A stretch of DNA of 64,000 nt, from assembly GCA_963826525.1 (NCBI GenBank), contig CAWGXH010000003.1, positions 480,001 to 544,000 on the forward strand. The letters are read 5' to 3'. The notes beneath the pieces were generated by a model. That model saw only the letters and a list, made by a program, of their open reading frames with translations, made no database searches and was not told the origin of the DNA. The position numbers and the translations under genes were made by a program. This document shows positions 38,533 to 50,474 of this stretch, one piece after another (the first letter of the stretch is position 1; every line of letters begins with the position of its first letter). Origin of the DNA: an uncultured Methanomicrobiaceae archaeon (GTDB taxonomy: Archaea > Halobacteriota > Methanomicrobia > Methanomicrobiales > Methanoculleaceae).

Positions 38533-40284
38533 TCACGCTTTTCGAAGCGTGAACCGGAACGCCGCCCCTTTCTCAGGGTGGCCCGGCACCCGGTCGTCGA
38601 CCCGGATATGGCCGCCGTAGCGCTCGACGAGGATCTGCACGAGGTAGAGCCCGAGCCCTTCGCCGACGCCCCGCTTCTGCTGCTCGTACCGGTGGAAGAT
38701 CGCATCCTTCTCATCGTCCGGAACGCCCGGGCCGGTGTCCTCGACCGTTACCCGGATGAACTCGTCCATGTCTTCCACCCGGACGGTGATCTCGACATCG
38801 AGACCGCCGTGCTTCACGGCGTTGCCGATGAGATTGTTGAAGATCACGGAGAGCAGATCGTTTGCCAGGACCTGCGAGTGGCCCCCTTCGTAGCGGAGGG
38901 TGCTGCCCGGGAAGTTCTCGATCACCTCACGGGCGACCGCGTCGAGATCCACCGGTCTGAGCTCGGACGATGCCCGGTGAATCTGGCGGATGGTTGAGAC
39001 GGTCTTTAAGATCTCGATGCTCTTCTGGACGCTCTGCTGCAGTCTCTTCGCGTAGTCGGCCGCCTCTCCCTCCAGGGAGTCGATTAAGAGGTCGGCGTAG
39101 AGGTTCGAGACGTTCTCGGTGTTGCCGATGTCGTGGGTGAGGATGTCCAGGTACAGATTCGCCTCCCGGTGAGCGGACTCGAGATCCCGGCTCTGCCGGA
39201 CGAGGTCGTCGGTGCGGCGCCGGAGCCCCTCTTCCGCCTGCTTCCGCTCGGTAACATCCATCAGGTTCTGCACGACCGCCGGTTTGCCGTGGTAGACCGT
39301 CGGGCACCCATATGCCTCGATGGCGATAATCCGGCGGTCTTTTCTCACTCCCCGGAACTCGTAGTGTGCATAGGGCTGTGCAGAGGCGGCCATCCGGCCG
39401 ATCGTCTCCTCCACGCCGGCCCGGTCTTCGGGAGCCACCAGATCCCAAAACTCCTTCCCTGCACGGAGTTCGTCATGGGTGTAGCCGAACATCTCGGAGA
39501 ACCGTGCATTGGCGTAGCGGATCACGCCGTCCTGAACCAGGTGAATCCCCACGAGCGACCGCTCGACGGGATTTCGGAACATCTCCTCGGATTCACGCAG
39601 CGCCTGCTCGATCTGCCTCCTCATGGCGATCTCATCGCGGTACGCAGCGGTACGCTCCTCGACCAGCACCTCGAGGGTATCGTTCAACACCCGCAGTTCC
39701 TCCGATGCCTGCTCTGCCTCGGCGTGCTTCTGGATAGCAGCCTGGTATGCGGAGAGGAAGAATTTGATCAGCTTCTGCTGCGAACCGCAGACCTGATACT
39801 GTTCATCATCGCACCGGATCTCGATCGGCGGACAGAACTCCTCGTCGTGTGCCCTGCTTACCCGGCTTGACAGGAACCCTTCGATCTGCGAGAGGAGAAA
39901 CTGCTGATCGGAGGATTTGATGATGAAGTTGTCAGCCCCGCACTCCAGCGCCTGAAGCACGTCGCGGGGATGGGAGAGATTTGTGACCAGGATCAGGGGA
40001 ATGTCCTTGAGACCAGGAGCGGTCTTCATCCTGCGGCAGAGCTCGAAACCGTCCATCTCCGGCATGAGGATATCGCTGATCACGATATCGGGCCTCTCTT
40101 TCTCTATCGCTGCAAGAGCGGCGTTCCCGTTCTCTGCAACCGTGACGGCATATCCGTTCTGCTCGAAGACGTGCCTTAAGTATGCCGCCTGGGTGGAACT
40201 ATCCTCAGCGAGCAGTATCCTCCGCTGCCCCCACCGGGCACCTGACCCGCGCGTCTCACCGGAAATCTTGCTCACGTGTTTCAC
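38533..40284 (-). CDS. REC-PAS histidine kinase (output of the chemosensory operon)
   Basis: LLAEDS..SDILMPEMDG..K receiver domain, PAS, THDIGN H-box and HATPase motifs. Confidence 0.9.
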   Translation of the reverse strand: MKHVSKISGETRGSGARWGQRRILLAEDSSTQAAYLRHVFEQNGYAVTVAENGNAALAAIEKERPDIVISDILMPEMDGFELCRRMKTAPGLKDIPLILVTNLSHPRDVLQALECGADNFIIKSSDQQFLLSQIEGFLSSRVSRAHDEEFCPPIEIRCDDEQYQVCGSQQKLIKFFLSAYQAAIQKHAEAEQASEELRVLNDTLEVLVEERTAAYRDEIAMRRQIEQALRESEEMFRNPVERSLVGIHLVQDGVIRYANARFSEMFGYTHDELRAGKEFWDLVAPEDRAGVEETIGRMAASAQPYAHYEFRGVRKDRRIIAIEAYGCPTVYHGKPAVVQNLMDVTERKQAEEGLRRRTDDLVRQSRDLESAHREANLYLDILTHDIGNTENVSNLYADLLIDSLEGEAADYAKRLQQSVQKSIEILKTVSTIRQIHRASSELRPVDLDAVAREVIENFPGSTLRYEGGHSQVLANDLLSVIFNNLIGNAVKHGGLDVEITVRVEDMDEFIRVTVEDTGPGVPDDEKDAIFHRYEQQKRGVGEGLGLYLVQILVERYGGHIRVDDRVPGHPEKGAAFRFTLRKA

Positions 40285-41398
40285 CTGGATCTGGAGAGTC
40301 GTGCGATCTCTGCTTTTGAATGCTGGCTGTTCGATCGGCTTCCTGGAGCGTCAGAGGAGCCGTGAGGTCCGTGATGAGGGCGGCGATCGCCTCCGGAGGA
40401 AGGATATACTCGGCAGCCCCGATCCGAATGGCTTCGGCGGGCATGCCGAATACGGTGGAACTCTCCTCATCCTGAACAAATGTCACCGCATGGTGGTCCC
40501 TCATCAACTTTAACTCTGCCGCTCCATCCCGCCCCATGCCCGAGAGCAGTACCCCCACGGCATCCCTGCCGAACACCCGGCATACCGACCGGAGCAGATA
40601 CGACGCAGAGGGGCGAAGGCTGTGCTCGGGAGAACCATCGGCGAGTGCGATCCGTCCCTCCCGATCCACGCCCATATGCATCCCCTCGGGGGCGAGGTAT
40701 GCCCGACCGGGCAGGAGCGGTTCGCCGTCCACGGCCGCATGGACGGGAAACTGCGTTGTTGCCTCGAGCCACCTGGCAAACCCTTCCGTAAACCCGGAGG
40801 AGATGTGCTGGACGATCAGTACGGGCACCGGAAGGTCTCCGGGGAGCCGGGAGAGGAGTTTCTGCAGGGCGGCCGGCCCGCCCGTGGAGGCTCCGATGGC
40901 GATTACCTTGATATTTCTCGGGAGATCTTCTTTTGGAGCGGGCGCGACCTGCACCTTCCTGCAACGGGGGTACCGCCGCACGACCCGGACATCGGCGAGT
41001 GCCTTCACCGCTTCTACGAGTTCCCGTGCAGCAAGATCGTCGCTCTGCCCCTCCCCTCCCCGGGGCTTCTGGATACAGGTGAGTGCTCCGGCATCGAGGG
41101 CCTGGAATGAGACTTCGACCTCGTGGGGATCCCGGTTTGCCGTCATGGCGATGATCGGGGTCGGCACCGTCTCCATGATCCGCCGGCAGGCCTCAAAACC
41201 GCTCATCCGCGGCATCACAATATCCATCGTGACGATCCTGGGGCGCAGTTCACGTACCTTCGCGATCGCCTCTTCCCCACTCGCCGCCGTCCCGATGACC
41301 CGGATCCCGGGTTCCGCACCGAGAATATGGGTGAGCAGCTCGCGTGCCACGGGTGAGTCGTCCACGACCAGAACCGTGATCTGCGGGGCTGCCGGATC
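40256..41398 (-). CDS. cheB: Chemotaxis methylesterase CheB (REC + esterase; WspF-like), start uncertain
   Basis: VLVVDDS..MDIVMP receiver; GASTGG, QH and SGMGRDGA catalytic motifs. Confidence 0.9.
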   Translation of the reverse strand, partial: DPAAPQITVLVVDDSPVARELLTHILGAEPGIRVIGTAASGEEAIAKVRELRPRIVTMDIVMPRMSGFEACRRIMETVPTPIIAMTANRDPHEVEVSFQALDAGALTCIQKPRGGEGQSDDLAARELVEAVKALADVRVVRRYPRCRKVQVAPAPKEDLPRNIKVIAIGASTGGPAALQKLLSRLPGDLPVPVLIVQHISSGFTEGFARWLEATTQFPVHAAVDGEPLLPGRAYLAPEGMHMGVDREGRIALADGSPEHSLRPSASYLLRSVCRVFGRDAVGVLLSGMGRDGAAELKLMRDHHAVTFVQDEESSTVFGMPAEAIRIGAAEYILPPEAIAALITDLTAPLTLQEADRTASIQKQRSHDSPDPGETREQDFR

Positions 41399-43605
41399 TA
41401 CAGGAGCCGTGCAACCGCCTCCAGAAGATCGGTCTGGTCGAAAGCGCTCTTCACGATGTAGGCATTGGCACCGGCATCGATGCCCCGCTCGCGGTCTTCA
41501 CGGGAGTCGAGGGCGGTCACCAGGACCACCGGTAGATCGGCAAGGGCCTCATCGCCCCGGATGCGCCTGACCAGCTCAAAGCCGTTCATCCGGGGCATAT
41601 CGATGTCGGAGACGACCAGGTGGAATCTCTCGGTCTTCAGGGCCATCCAGGCATCGAACCCGTCGACGGCGGTCTTTACCGAGTACCCGGCCGCTTCGAG
41701 GATGTTCCGGAGCAGGGACCGTGCGGTGATCGAGTCCTCGACCACCAGGATGCGATAGCGCTTCGGTACCGGTACGGGATGTTCTATCGCCACCCTCCCC
41801 TGTCCTTCTGACCGCAGGGCAGAGCGTACGAGATCCGGTGCATGGAGGACCGGCAGCGGGACACCGCTGCCGAGGATCGCGGCACCGGCTACATTCCGCA
41901 CGCGGGAGAGCTGATGGCCAAGATTTTTTACCAGGAACTCCTGAGCCCCGAGGACCGCGTCGACGGCAAGCGCGATCCGTTGACCCCCGGCAACGACGAT
42001 GAGGAGCGTGCGTGCGGTCCGCAGGTCTGCGGGCTGCGGTTCCGCCGGGAGTTCCAGCAGCGTTGCGAGGGGAATGACGGGGAGTATGCGACCGTCGTAG
42101 GAGATCGTCTCGCGGTTCTCCATCCGGATGACCGGATCTCCCCGCAGCCGGAGAACCCGCTCGATCGAAAAGCTCGGGACGCCGAAGGTCTGGCCGCCGC
42201 TCTGGACCAGCACTCCGCGGAAGGTCGCCCGCGTCAGGGGGAGCTGCAGGTACACACGGGTTCCCGCTCCGGCTGCGGACTCCACCCAGAGCGTTCCCCC
42301 GAGATCCTCCACCTTCTCCTGCACGATAGCAAGGCCGAGGCCTCTTCCCGAGAGTTCCGTCTCCCGGGGCTGTGTGCTGATGCCGGATTGGAAGACGAGC
42401 GAGAGCGCCTCCTGTCTGCCGAGCGCGGCCACCTCCTCCTCCGACAGGATGCCCGAGCGCACGGCTGCAGAGAGAACGCCGGGCAGATCGATTCCGGCAC
42501 CGTCGTCCTCGACGACCACCTCGACCCGGTCTCCTTCCACGGGGCTGATCGAGAGGGCGATCCGCCCGCGGCGCGGTTTTTTGCGCTCCTCCCGCACCTC
42601 CGGCGGTTCAATCCCGTGACCGATGCTGTTTCGCACCAGGTGCATCAGCGGGTCTTTCATCTCTTCCAGGATTCTCCGGTCGATCTCGACGTCTCCCCCG
42701 GCAATCTCGAGCGCGATCTCCTTCCCCTGGCTCCGGGCAAGTTCCCGCACCATCAGGGGGAACCCCTCGAGGAGGGACGAGAACGGAACCATCACCAGCC
42801 GGCGCGTATCGCTCTGCAGCTGGCCTATCGCGAATACCGCCGACCTCCGGCGCTGATCGGAGTTCCGGATGGAGCGGTCGAGCCTGCGTTCCAGGGCAAC
42901 GAGCAAGTCCCGGTTTCCCGTCTGCATACCGGAGGACGGCTCCGCATCGGCACCATGGCTGCCCAGCACCTCCTCCCACTCCTGCACCATTCCCCGGAGT
43001 TCGAGCAGGTCCTGGTGGTGCTGGTCTGCAGCATGTTTCAGCCCGATCAACTCCTCGGCCTCCAGGACGAGAGCATCCAGTTTCTCCACCGAAACCCGTA
43101 TGGTCTCGGTCGGGGCCGGTGCAGGAGATATCGTCTCTTCGGAGAGAATCTGCTCCTCCACGGGTCTTTGGGGTGGGGGTGGGGAAGGCTCTCTCCCCGA
43201 CAGGATCCGCTCGAGGAGACCCGTGATTGCCCGGAGCTGCTCCCGCCCTTTCGAGGAATGCTCAAGCTCGGGCGCGGCAACCCTTCTTTCGATCTCTTTT
43301 ACCGTCCCATGGAGGGCGTCGAAGATATCGCCGGATACGGAGAGTTCGCGGCGCTTCATCGCGGCAAAGATACTCTCCATCCGCTGGCAGAGCAGTTCGA
43401 TATCCCTCCGGTCGACCGCCCGTGCCGCACCCTTCAGGCTGTGAGCCTCCCGGAAGAGCTGTTCGATGCATGCGGCCTCTTCGGCCCCCGCAAGACCCTG
43501 TTCCAGTGCGAGCAGGCGGGAGGAGAGCGCCTGCATATGCTCTTTCGCCTCCTCGGCAAATGTCGCCATCAGGCGTTTGAGGAACTCCGGGTCTTTGCCA
43601 GCCAT
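41398..43605 (-). CDS. cheA: Hybrid CheA with C-terminal receiver (WspE-like)
   Basis: Hpt FREAHSLKGAA, HLVRNSIGHG, DDGAG, SGRGLGL, CheW domain and C-terminal VVEDS..SDIDMP. Confidence 0.93.
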   Translation of the reverse strand: MAGKDPEFLKRLMATFAEEAKEHMQALSSRLLALEQGLAGAEEAACIEQLFREAHSLKGAARAVDRRDIELLCQRMESIFAAMKRRELSVSGDIFDALHGTVKEIERRVAAPELEHSSKGREQLRAITGLLERILSGREPSPPPPQRPVEEQILSEETISPAPAPTETIRVSVEKLDALVLEAEELIGLKHAADQHHQDLLELRGMVQEWEEVLGSHGADAEPSSGMQTGNRDLLVALERRLDRSIRNSDQRRRSAVFAIGQLQSDTRRLVMVPFSSLLEGFPLMVRELARSQGKEIALEIAGGDVEIDRRILEEMKDPLMHLVRNSIGHGIEPPEVREERKKPRRGRIALSISPVEGDRVEVVVEDDGAGIDLPGVLSAAVRSGILSEEEVAALGRQEALSLVFQSGISTQPRETELSGRGLGLAIVQEKVEDLGGTLWVESAAGAGTRVYLQLPLTRATFRGVLVQSGGQTFGVPSFSIERVLRLRGDPVIRMENRETISYDGRILPVIPLATLLELPAEPQPADLRTARTLLIVVAGGQRIALAVDAVLGAQEFLVKNLGHQLSRVRNVAGAAILGSGVPLPVLHAPDLVRSALRSEGQGRVAIEHPVPVPKRYRILVVEDSITARSLLRNILEAAGYSVKTAVDGFDAWMALKTERFHLVVSDIDMPRMNGFELVRRIRGDEALADLPVVLVTALDSREDRERGIDAGANAYIVKSAFDQTDLLEAVARLL

Positions 43606-43620
43606 GACGCTTCAGTGTAT

Positions 43621-45258
43621 TCAGGTGTGTTTGTACCGGTCCATCAGTGCGCGGAGTTTCAGGCCGAGCTCCTGCAGGTTCCGGGCGATCGTCTCCCCTT
43701 CTCTCGCCGCCTGGACATTCTGGGTGCTGGCGATCTTGATGCTCTCCATCGCCGATGCCACCTGCTCCATGCCGACGAGCTGTTCCTGGCTGGACGCGGC
43801 AATATGGCTCGCGGCCCGGGCGGAATCCGTATTTGTATCCTCAAGCGAGCGGATCGACTGGCCGGTCAGCCGGGACTGCTGAACGCCTGCCTCTACCACC
43901 CGGTTGCCCTGGTCCACGGCCATCACTGCAGCGCTCACGGATCGCTGGACGTCTTTCAGGATCCGCTGGATCTGGGTGGTGGCCTGTTTTGTCTGCTCCG
44001 CGAGGCTCCGGATCTCCTGGGCAACCACGGCAAACCCTTTTCCTTCCGCACCGGCCCGGGCTGCTTCGATCGCCGCGTTGACCGAGAGGATGTTCACCTG
44101 TTCGGTAATGTCGTCCACCACATCGATGATCTCGCCGATTGCCTGGTTCTGTTCGTTGAGGCGTGCTATGCTCTCGCCGATGGCATTCATCTGGGCCTGG
44201 ATGCGGTTCATCCCCTGGATCGTCTCATCGACCGATGCCCGCCCTTTCTGCGCCATCTCCGAAGCATGCCGGGTCAGGTCCGAGACGTCTTTTGCCTTCT
44301 GGCTGACCGTCTGGGTCGTCTGCCTGACCTCCTCCGCCGTCGTGGTGGTCTGGGAGATCGCCGTTGCGGTCTCCTGTGCTCCCGAGGATATCTGCGCCAT
44401 CGAACTCGTTATCTCGTTCACCGAGGTGGCGAGGACGTTGATCCCCTCCTGGATCTGCTGGTTCATCGTCCGCAGGCTCTCGACCATCTGCCTCGTCGAC
44501 TGGTTCAGCATCCCCACCTCGTCGCTCCGGTCATCCTCCGGGACCTGAACGCTCAGGTCTCCGGCGGCGACCTGCTCGGCGACCATCGATATCCGGCGGA
44601 GGGGATGCGCGATACTGGCGGTCAGGGTCATAACGAGGACGATCCCTGCGATCACGGCAACGAGACCCATGATGCCCATGATCAGCTGCGTCTGCGCGAT
44701 CTGCCGGAGGGCTGCGTCTTCCTGCGTATGGACGTTCTGCTGCGATACGTTGATGAGATCGAGCGCCTGTGACCGCAGCGATTCGATCCGCCCTGCCTGG
44801 ACGGTCAGGGAAAGGTTCTGCGCCGCGCTCGCGTTGCCGGCATTGATCAGATTGATCTGCTCCTCGCGGGTCTCCCGGTATGCAGCGAGGTCGGCCATGA
44901 TCGTATCTAACTGCTCCACAAACGCCGGATCATCCTGCCCGAGCGCCGAGAGAGTGGCCAGGTTGGTATCGATCTGGTCGGAGTACTGCCGGAGTTCCTG
45001 TTCCAGCGCTGCCCGCTTTGCGGGGTCCTCGGTCAATGTCAGCTGCAGAAACTGGCTATGCTGCCGGTTCAGGTCTCCCCGGAACGTTTCGAGACCGAGC
45101 GCGAGGGGTATCTCCCTGTCCGTGAGATTCTGCTGCTGGGCCGCGATACCGGCAATGGAATAACTCGCGATGAGTATCGTGGCCGCGAGGATGACGATGA
45201 GCAGCCCGAACCCGAGGACGAGCTTATTCCGGGTCGACAGATTATCCAACCATTTCAT
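43621..45258 (-). CDS. Methyl-accepting chemotaxis protein (TM-4HB-TM-HAMP-MCP; WspA-like)
   Basis: [28 protein letters not shown] and [33 protein letters not shown] motifs. Confidence 0.93.
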   Translation of the reverse strand: MKWLDNLSTRNKLVLGFGLLIVILAATILIASYSIAGIAAQQQNLTDREIPLALGLETFRGDLNRQHSQFLQLTLTEDPAKRAALEQELRQYSDQIDTNLATLSALGQDDPAFVEQLDTIMADLAAYRETREEQINLINAGNASAAQNLSLTVQAGRIESLRSQALDLINVSQQNVHTQEDAALRQIAQTQLIMGIMGLVAVIAGIVLVMTLTASIAHPLRRISMVAEQVAAGDLSVQVPEDDRSDEVGMLNQSTRQMVESLRTMNQQIQEGINVLATSVNEITSSMAQISSGAQETATAISQTTTTAEEVRQTTQTVSQKAKDVSDLTRHASEMAQKGRASVDETIQGMNRIQAQMNAIGESIARLNEQNQAIGEIIDVVDDITEQVNILSVNAAIEAARAGAEGKGFAVVAQEIRSLAEQTKQATTQIQRILKDVQRSVSAAVMAVDQGNRVVEAGVQQSRLTGQSIRSLEDTNTDSARAASHIAASSQEQLVGMEQVASAMESIKIASTQNVQAAREGETIARNLQELGLKLRALMDRYKHT

Positions 45259-45367
45259 CTTGTATCTCCCTCTGCCTGCGAAAGTTCCTCTTGTACCAGG
45301 TGATTTTGGAAACACGACAGCAAAAGGATTACCCTCTGACGATTCCCTCTCTCCGGGACGCTTCCTA

Positions 45368-45918
45368 TCATGGATTGACCTCCTCCCGCACCTGTAAGCG
45401 TGTATCCGAGAGGATTCTGCCGCCGTCGAGCAGAATAATGCCGTCGGCGGTAACCCCTCGTATGAACTCGGATCCGCCGCCACCCTGCGAAGAAGGGGGC
45501 GGAAGGATCGCATCGCCATCGGCACGGAGCGGGTGGCGTGGACAGCATCTGCAAGGACTCCGAACTCCATCGCCGGGTTCCTGAGGATGATCACCGTCGT
45601 CTGCGGGGCGACGATAGTCCCCGGGAGGTTGAAGAACTGCCGGAGATCCACCAGAGAGACGATCCTCCCCCGCACGTTCATGATCCCGAAGACGAACGCA
45701 GGGGTGCACGGGACGTGCGCATACTGCTGCAGCGGGACCACGCCGTGCACCGTCGCGACCTCGATGGCGTACCGTTCCGAGGCCATGCGGAACTCCAGCA
45801 CCTCGATGTATTCCCGGGCTTCCTCTCTGGGCTCCGGGCGTCGGGCGAGTTGTTCGGCTCGCTCTTTTAAGATCCTCTTCTTCTCGCTCATCGTTTCTTT
45901 CCCTTGATTCTGCCTCAT
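45368..45918 (-). CDS. cheW: CheW adaptor (WspD-like), frameshift near 45515
   Basis: [24 protein letters not shown] and [23 protein letters not shown] join [15 protein letters not shown]. Confidence 0.85.
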
Positions 45919-45937
45919 ACGCATCCCATACCTGCGT

Positions 45938-47386
45938 CTAGCCCACGACACCCCGGTTCCGGACTGAGACGATCAGGTGCGCCAGGGTACCGGCGCTGAT
46001 GCCCTCGGAGAAGGGCAGGGCCTCGTCCTGTTCATACGACTCCAGGAGAGCGAGAGCATGCGTGAAATGCCGCTCCGCCTCGTCTCGCCGATTGCAGCGG
46101 ACTGCAATAACGCCGAGCAGATAGTGGGCGAGCACCACTCCCGGATCCAGGTAGAGTACCTGACGCAGCGATGCAACTGCCGGGGCGAGTTCTCCTTTTT
46201 CCTGCAGGATCGCTGCACGCAGGTAGTAGGGCTCGGGGTTCAGTTTGTCGGCGGCGATGGCCTTCTCGCACCAGGCGAGCGCGGTGTTCAGATCCCCCTG
46301 GTTCGCAGAGACCCGTGCAACCAGCAGGATGGCCGGAAGGTTCCCGGGTTCCCGGCGCAGTACCTCCTGGAGGAGCGGAGTCGCATCCCCGTAGCATCCC
46401 TGTTCATAGAGGCGTGCCGCCCGGATGTACAGATCCCGGGGAAGTATCTGGACCGTCGCAACCGGTTCTGTGACGGCTCTGCCGGGGTGCATCTCCACGG
46501 ATTCCGGGGGGAGGGGTGCCTCGGGAGGCGTGGGCGCTGCGCCGGAGATCTTCCGGTACAGCGTTCCTTTCGGGAACCTGACCGGGGTAAAGGGGCCGAA
46601 GGGATCGGCTGCCGTCTCCGTTACCCCGATGACCAGCCACCCGCCCTCCGAGAGGGATCGGTGCAGTTTCTGCACGACCGAGGCTGCATGCTCCGGGCAG
46701 AAGTACATCAGGGTATTTCGGCAGAGGATGAGATCCATGCCGGATGTATTGTTCAGGAACGAGGGATAGGTCTCCTCCATGAGATTGAGATAGGAGAACG
46801 TGACCATGCTCCGGATCCGGGGGTCAAGGAGATAGGTTCCGTCGTCGAGCCGGGTGAAGTAGCGATCCCTCACCCATGCCGGCGTGTTCCGGAACGACCA
46901 CCCGGTGTAGATCCCTGCGGATGCTTTTCGCAGTGCATTCGCACTGATGTCCGTTCCGAGGATGGTGATAGTCCAGTCCTCCGGGGTTCGCAGGAGTTCG
47001 GTGAGCATCATTGCAAGGGAGTAGGGTTCTTCCCCGGTGGAGCAGCCGGCACTCCAGATGCGTATATGCCGATCTGCCGGAGAGCGTTCCCGTATCAGCT
47101 CCGGCAGGACCGTGTCCCGGAGCAGATCGAAGATCTTCTCCTCCCGGAAAAAGTACGTCTCGCCGACCACGAGGCGCTCGGCGAGGGCGTCGAGCACCTG
47201 CCGATGCTGCGGAGATGCCGTAAGGTCTGCGATGAACTGGTGGAGGTGTGTGTAGCCGAGGTCGGATGCGGCGGTGCGGAGGCCCTGCTCGAGAGAGGAA
47301 TAGCGGTCTTTCCGGTAGCAGAGGCCGAAGGTATCCGCAACGAGACGGCTCACCTGGGCGAGCTGCAGGTCCGGAAGAGTGCTCAT
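45938..47386 (-). CDS. cheR: CheR methyltransferase with C-terminal TPR (WspC-like)
   Basis: [28 protein letters not shown] and DLILCRN motifs; TPRs ending LYLDP..LAHY.LG. Confidence 0.92.
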   Translation of the reverse strand: MSTLPDLQLAQVSRLVADTFGLCYRKDRYSSLEQGLRTAASDLGYTHLHQFIADLTASPQHRQVLDALAERLVVGETYFFREEKIFDLLRDTVLPELIRERSPADRHIRIWSAGCSTGEEPYSLAMMLTELLRTPEDWTITILGTDISANALRKASAGIYTGWSFRNTPAWVRDRYFTRLDDGTYLLDPRIRSMVTFSYLNLMEETYPSFLNNTSGMDLILCRNTLMYFCPEHAASVVQKLHRSLSEGGWLVIGVTETAADPFGPFTPVRFPKGTLYRKISGAAPTPPEAPLPPESVEMHPGRAVTEPVATVQILPRDLYIRAARLYEQGCYGDATPLLQEVLRREPGNLPAILLVARVSANQGDLNTALAWCEKAIAADKLNPEPYYLRAAILQEKGELAPAVASLRQVLYLDPGVVLAHYLLGVIAVRCNRRDEAERHFTHALALLESYEQDEALPFSEGISAGTLAHLIVSVRNRGVVG

Positions 47387-47902
47387 GGTACGGACTCTCC
47401 TCCCGCAGCCTCCAGCGCCGTGTCGAGAGCTCGTCTCCTCGTCGAGGGAGAGGAACCGTTCCGCGTCCTCGATAAGGATCAGGCCGTCGTCAAGCTGGAG
47501 AATTCCCCGGACATGGGGTAGGTTCGGGAGGATCGACTCCGCACCGGTGATCGCCTCGTCCGAACAGGAGACGACATCGGCAACGCGGTCGACGAGGAGT
47601 GCGATCGTCCGCCGGGCCGTCCTGATGAGAACGAGCTGGTCGTGTATGTCGAGTTCCCGCCCGGGCAGGCGGAAACGCTTGCGGGTATGGAATACCGGAA
47701 GGATCCGTCCCTGCAGGCTGATGATGCCGAGTATCACATCGGGTGCGCCGGGGAGCGGGGTTACCTCTACTGCGCGAAGGACGCGCATAACGCAGGGAAG
47801 GGGGAGGGCATAGCGCCGGTCATCCAGAGTAAATACGAGCAACTGGTGGATGCCGCTCATCCGTTCTCTGTCTGCCGCGATCTCGGGCGTTCTGTCGTTC
47901 AT
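47383..47902 (-). CDS. cheW: CheW adaptor (WspB-like), frameshift near 47432
   Basis: LLVFTLDDRRYALP and PGAPDVILGIISLQGRILPV motifs. The shifted frame ends [15 protein letters not shown] with an ATGA overlap into cheR. Confidence 0.85.
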
Positions 47903-48658
47903 ATGCTGTAACATCGATATTCTTACGGTCTTCTCTTCGGGCTGTCCCGGGAGGAGGTATCTCCCCCGAAGCCCGTAACCACCGATTGCATAAATGCCGA
48001 TAGAGAGGTGGGATTCTGACCACATAAGTTTTGAGCATCACGGGGGTGGGTGCGGACCGCTCTGTTTTGCCGCTCTCGTATGCCCCCGGCACTGCAAAAG
48101 AGAGCGATGACCGTCTTCCTCTCTCCGAGTCCGGGTTACACCGAGACACCCCCATCGATAATCTCCGCCTCCCCTCGGGACACCTGTCATGCTCCGGCGG
48201 AGCGTTCGGAGCGATCCCGGCCGCCCTCTCCTCGTGCACCAATGTCACTCCGACGACACCTTTGCCCTCGTGGGGGAGGGGCATCCGCCGGAGAACGTCT
48301 ACATTCCAGAGGGGCGCCGTTGGGCAGATCCGACCTGTTTCCACGGCTGAAGCACGTGGGAGTCCGACATTACCGGCATCCGTAACCGCTCTTTCCGGTG
48401 TACGGAACTTCGAAATGAATTAATATGATCTCCCGCTGTAACCACGCTGCATCGGAATCGCGCATCGCGACTCCTGCAGACGATCGAGCATGAGCCCTTT
48501 CTGCAGGGCTCGTGGACGCTCCGGCGGCGACGGTTCCCGGGGATTTCGCTATGGGGTTCCGACACCAGCGAGAATGGTTTCGCCGTTCGTGCCACGGCAT
48601 TCGGACGTTGCCTCCCGCTCTTCCCCGGTCGCTGTCTGCTCCGGAGTGGTGGACTGTC

Positions 48659-50436
48659 ATGGGCTCGTATCGAACGTCACTGATCGTCGGCTCGGTCCTC
48701 CTGATCGTGATATGCCTGCTCGGTGCTCCCTCCGCAGCGCGGACCGGGTGAAAGCTTCAGCCGGCGATACCATATACGTCGGCGAAGAGAGCCTGAACCT
48801 GACGGGGCTCGACCCGGCGGTCGTCCGCCTTGTCCACTACAGCGACGGTGCGGCGGGGCCGGCCGAGAACAGCATCGCTGTGCCGAACCCGGACGACTTC
48901 GATCTCCGTGCGGCGGATGCCGGCACCGCCACCGGCACCTACTACGCGTGGGACGCGACCGGTCCGGTCGCCGGCAATCCGTTCGTCGTTGTCGACGTTC
49001 CGTCCGTGACCCTCGATGCCGTCCTGAACGGGACAAACCGCTCCGTGAACGGCAGAACCGTCACCCGTGACCGCCTTCTCGCATTCAGACTCGAAAATAA
49101 CCTGGAAGGGCCGTATGCCGTGCCGCCGCTCGTCTCTCTGGCCATCGAGACCACCCTGCCGAACGGCACGAAGGTGCTCGCCTTCGGCGGCGTCGATCTC
49201 TCTTCGGTTGCCGTCTCTACGCCCACCCTCTCGATACCCGGTATCGCCCTCGCCGGCGCCGAACCGGGCACCTACACGGTTCAGGCGAAGTGGACGGACA
49301 GAGCCGGCCTCGAGGGCAAGGGGTATGACTCGAACACCGTCGTATTCGAGATTCTCGACCCTGCTTCGGCCAACGTCACGATGAACGTGCCGGGTTCCGG
49401 CACCTATACCCTCGGTGACAAGATCGGGCTCAACGGGACCTGTGACGGCAGCACTACCGTGTACCTCTTTCTGACCGGCCAGAACCTCGGGAATGGCGAG
49501 AGGCTTGATATGGGCGGTCCGGTGATGAACGGCAATGCAACGACCTTCACTGCGGTTGCCGTCGAAGCCAACGGTACCTGGCAGTACCGGTGGGATACCT
49601 CCGCGCTCCATGCGGTGATCGATTCCGGCATCTATACGATCTCTGCAGCACCGGTACCCAGGGACTATGCGAGCCTTGCAAATCACACAGAGGCGGGTAT
49701 CGTCTTTGCGATGCCGACACTGACCGCGGAAGCGCACCCTGCGTCGGTCGTCCCGGGCGATCCGGTCGTCATCTCCGGCAACGCCACGGGAGATCCGGGG
49801 AACGTCTATGTCTGGATCTTCGGGCAGAACCTCCGCGTCCTCAGCGAACCCGCGGGTGTTGCGTCGAACGGCACCTTTGTCTACACGCTCGATCCTGTCG
49901 ATACCGCCTATCTGGCTCCCGGTCAGTACGACGTCGTCATCCAGCACCCGATGATGGACGGAGAGCAGAGTGTCGGTTTCGTGCCGCCGGGCTCCATCCG
50001 CGTGCCCGGCACGGCGCCGGTCAATCTTGATGGCCTGACATCGTCCGCCGCCAGGGCTGCATTCATGGATGCTTTCACCGCACCCGGAGTCGACGACGTC
50101 TACGTGGAGGTCACGTTCCGGATCGGCAAACCCTGGATTGCGATAAACCCGATCGGCGACCGGATCGTCGACACCCCGTTCCGGATCGACGGCACGACCA
50201 ATCTGGCCGTCGATGAGAGGCTGAGGGTGACGGTCACGAACGTATCCGGCCTCACTGCGGTGTCGCGAGACGTGCGGGTCGGGGAAGGAATACCGAATAA
50301 TACGTGGTCGTTCGAGGTCGGTGCTTCGACGCTGGAGGCCGGCGAGTATACCGTGACGGTGCGATCGGCATCGACCGAAGCTTCCCGGAGGGCCGCCTTT
50401 CGGGTTGTCGAGAGTACCGTCCCGACTCCGCCATGA
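48659..50436 (+). CDS. DUF3821-domain S-layer-like cell-surface glycoprotein (frameshift near 48748)
   Basis: Signal peptide MGSYRTSLIVGSVLLIVICLL joins GDTIYVGEESLNLT. VYVWIFGQN, YDVVIQHPM and I.GTTNLAVD motifs; many N-x-S/T sites. Confidence 0.8.
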
Positions 50437-50474
50437 CCACCCGCGGCCTCTCGCCCGGCTGCCCTGCTCCGCCG

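Noticed and set aside
41842-44772. Very long + strand ORFs (976 aa here; also 32667-34613, 45977-47521, 55020-56663) and 48757-50595 on the - strand
   Set aside because: Antisense shadows of GC-rich genes, with no recognisable motifs.
43621-45951. Apparent CheW-MCP fusion (776-aa ORF)
   Set aside because: The CheW C-terminus continues in another frame to a stop at 45368, the linker is non-protein-like, and the MCP has its own RBS and ATG at 45258.
45938-48025. Apparent CheW-CheR-TPR fusion protein (695-aa ORF)
   Set aside because: A shifted frame gives a normal CheW end ([15 protein letters not shown]) with a GGAGG RBS and ATGA overlap at the cheR start. A 1-bp indel explains the fusion.
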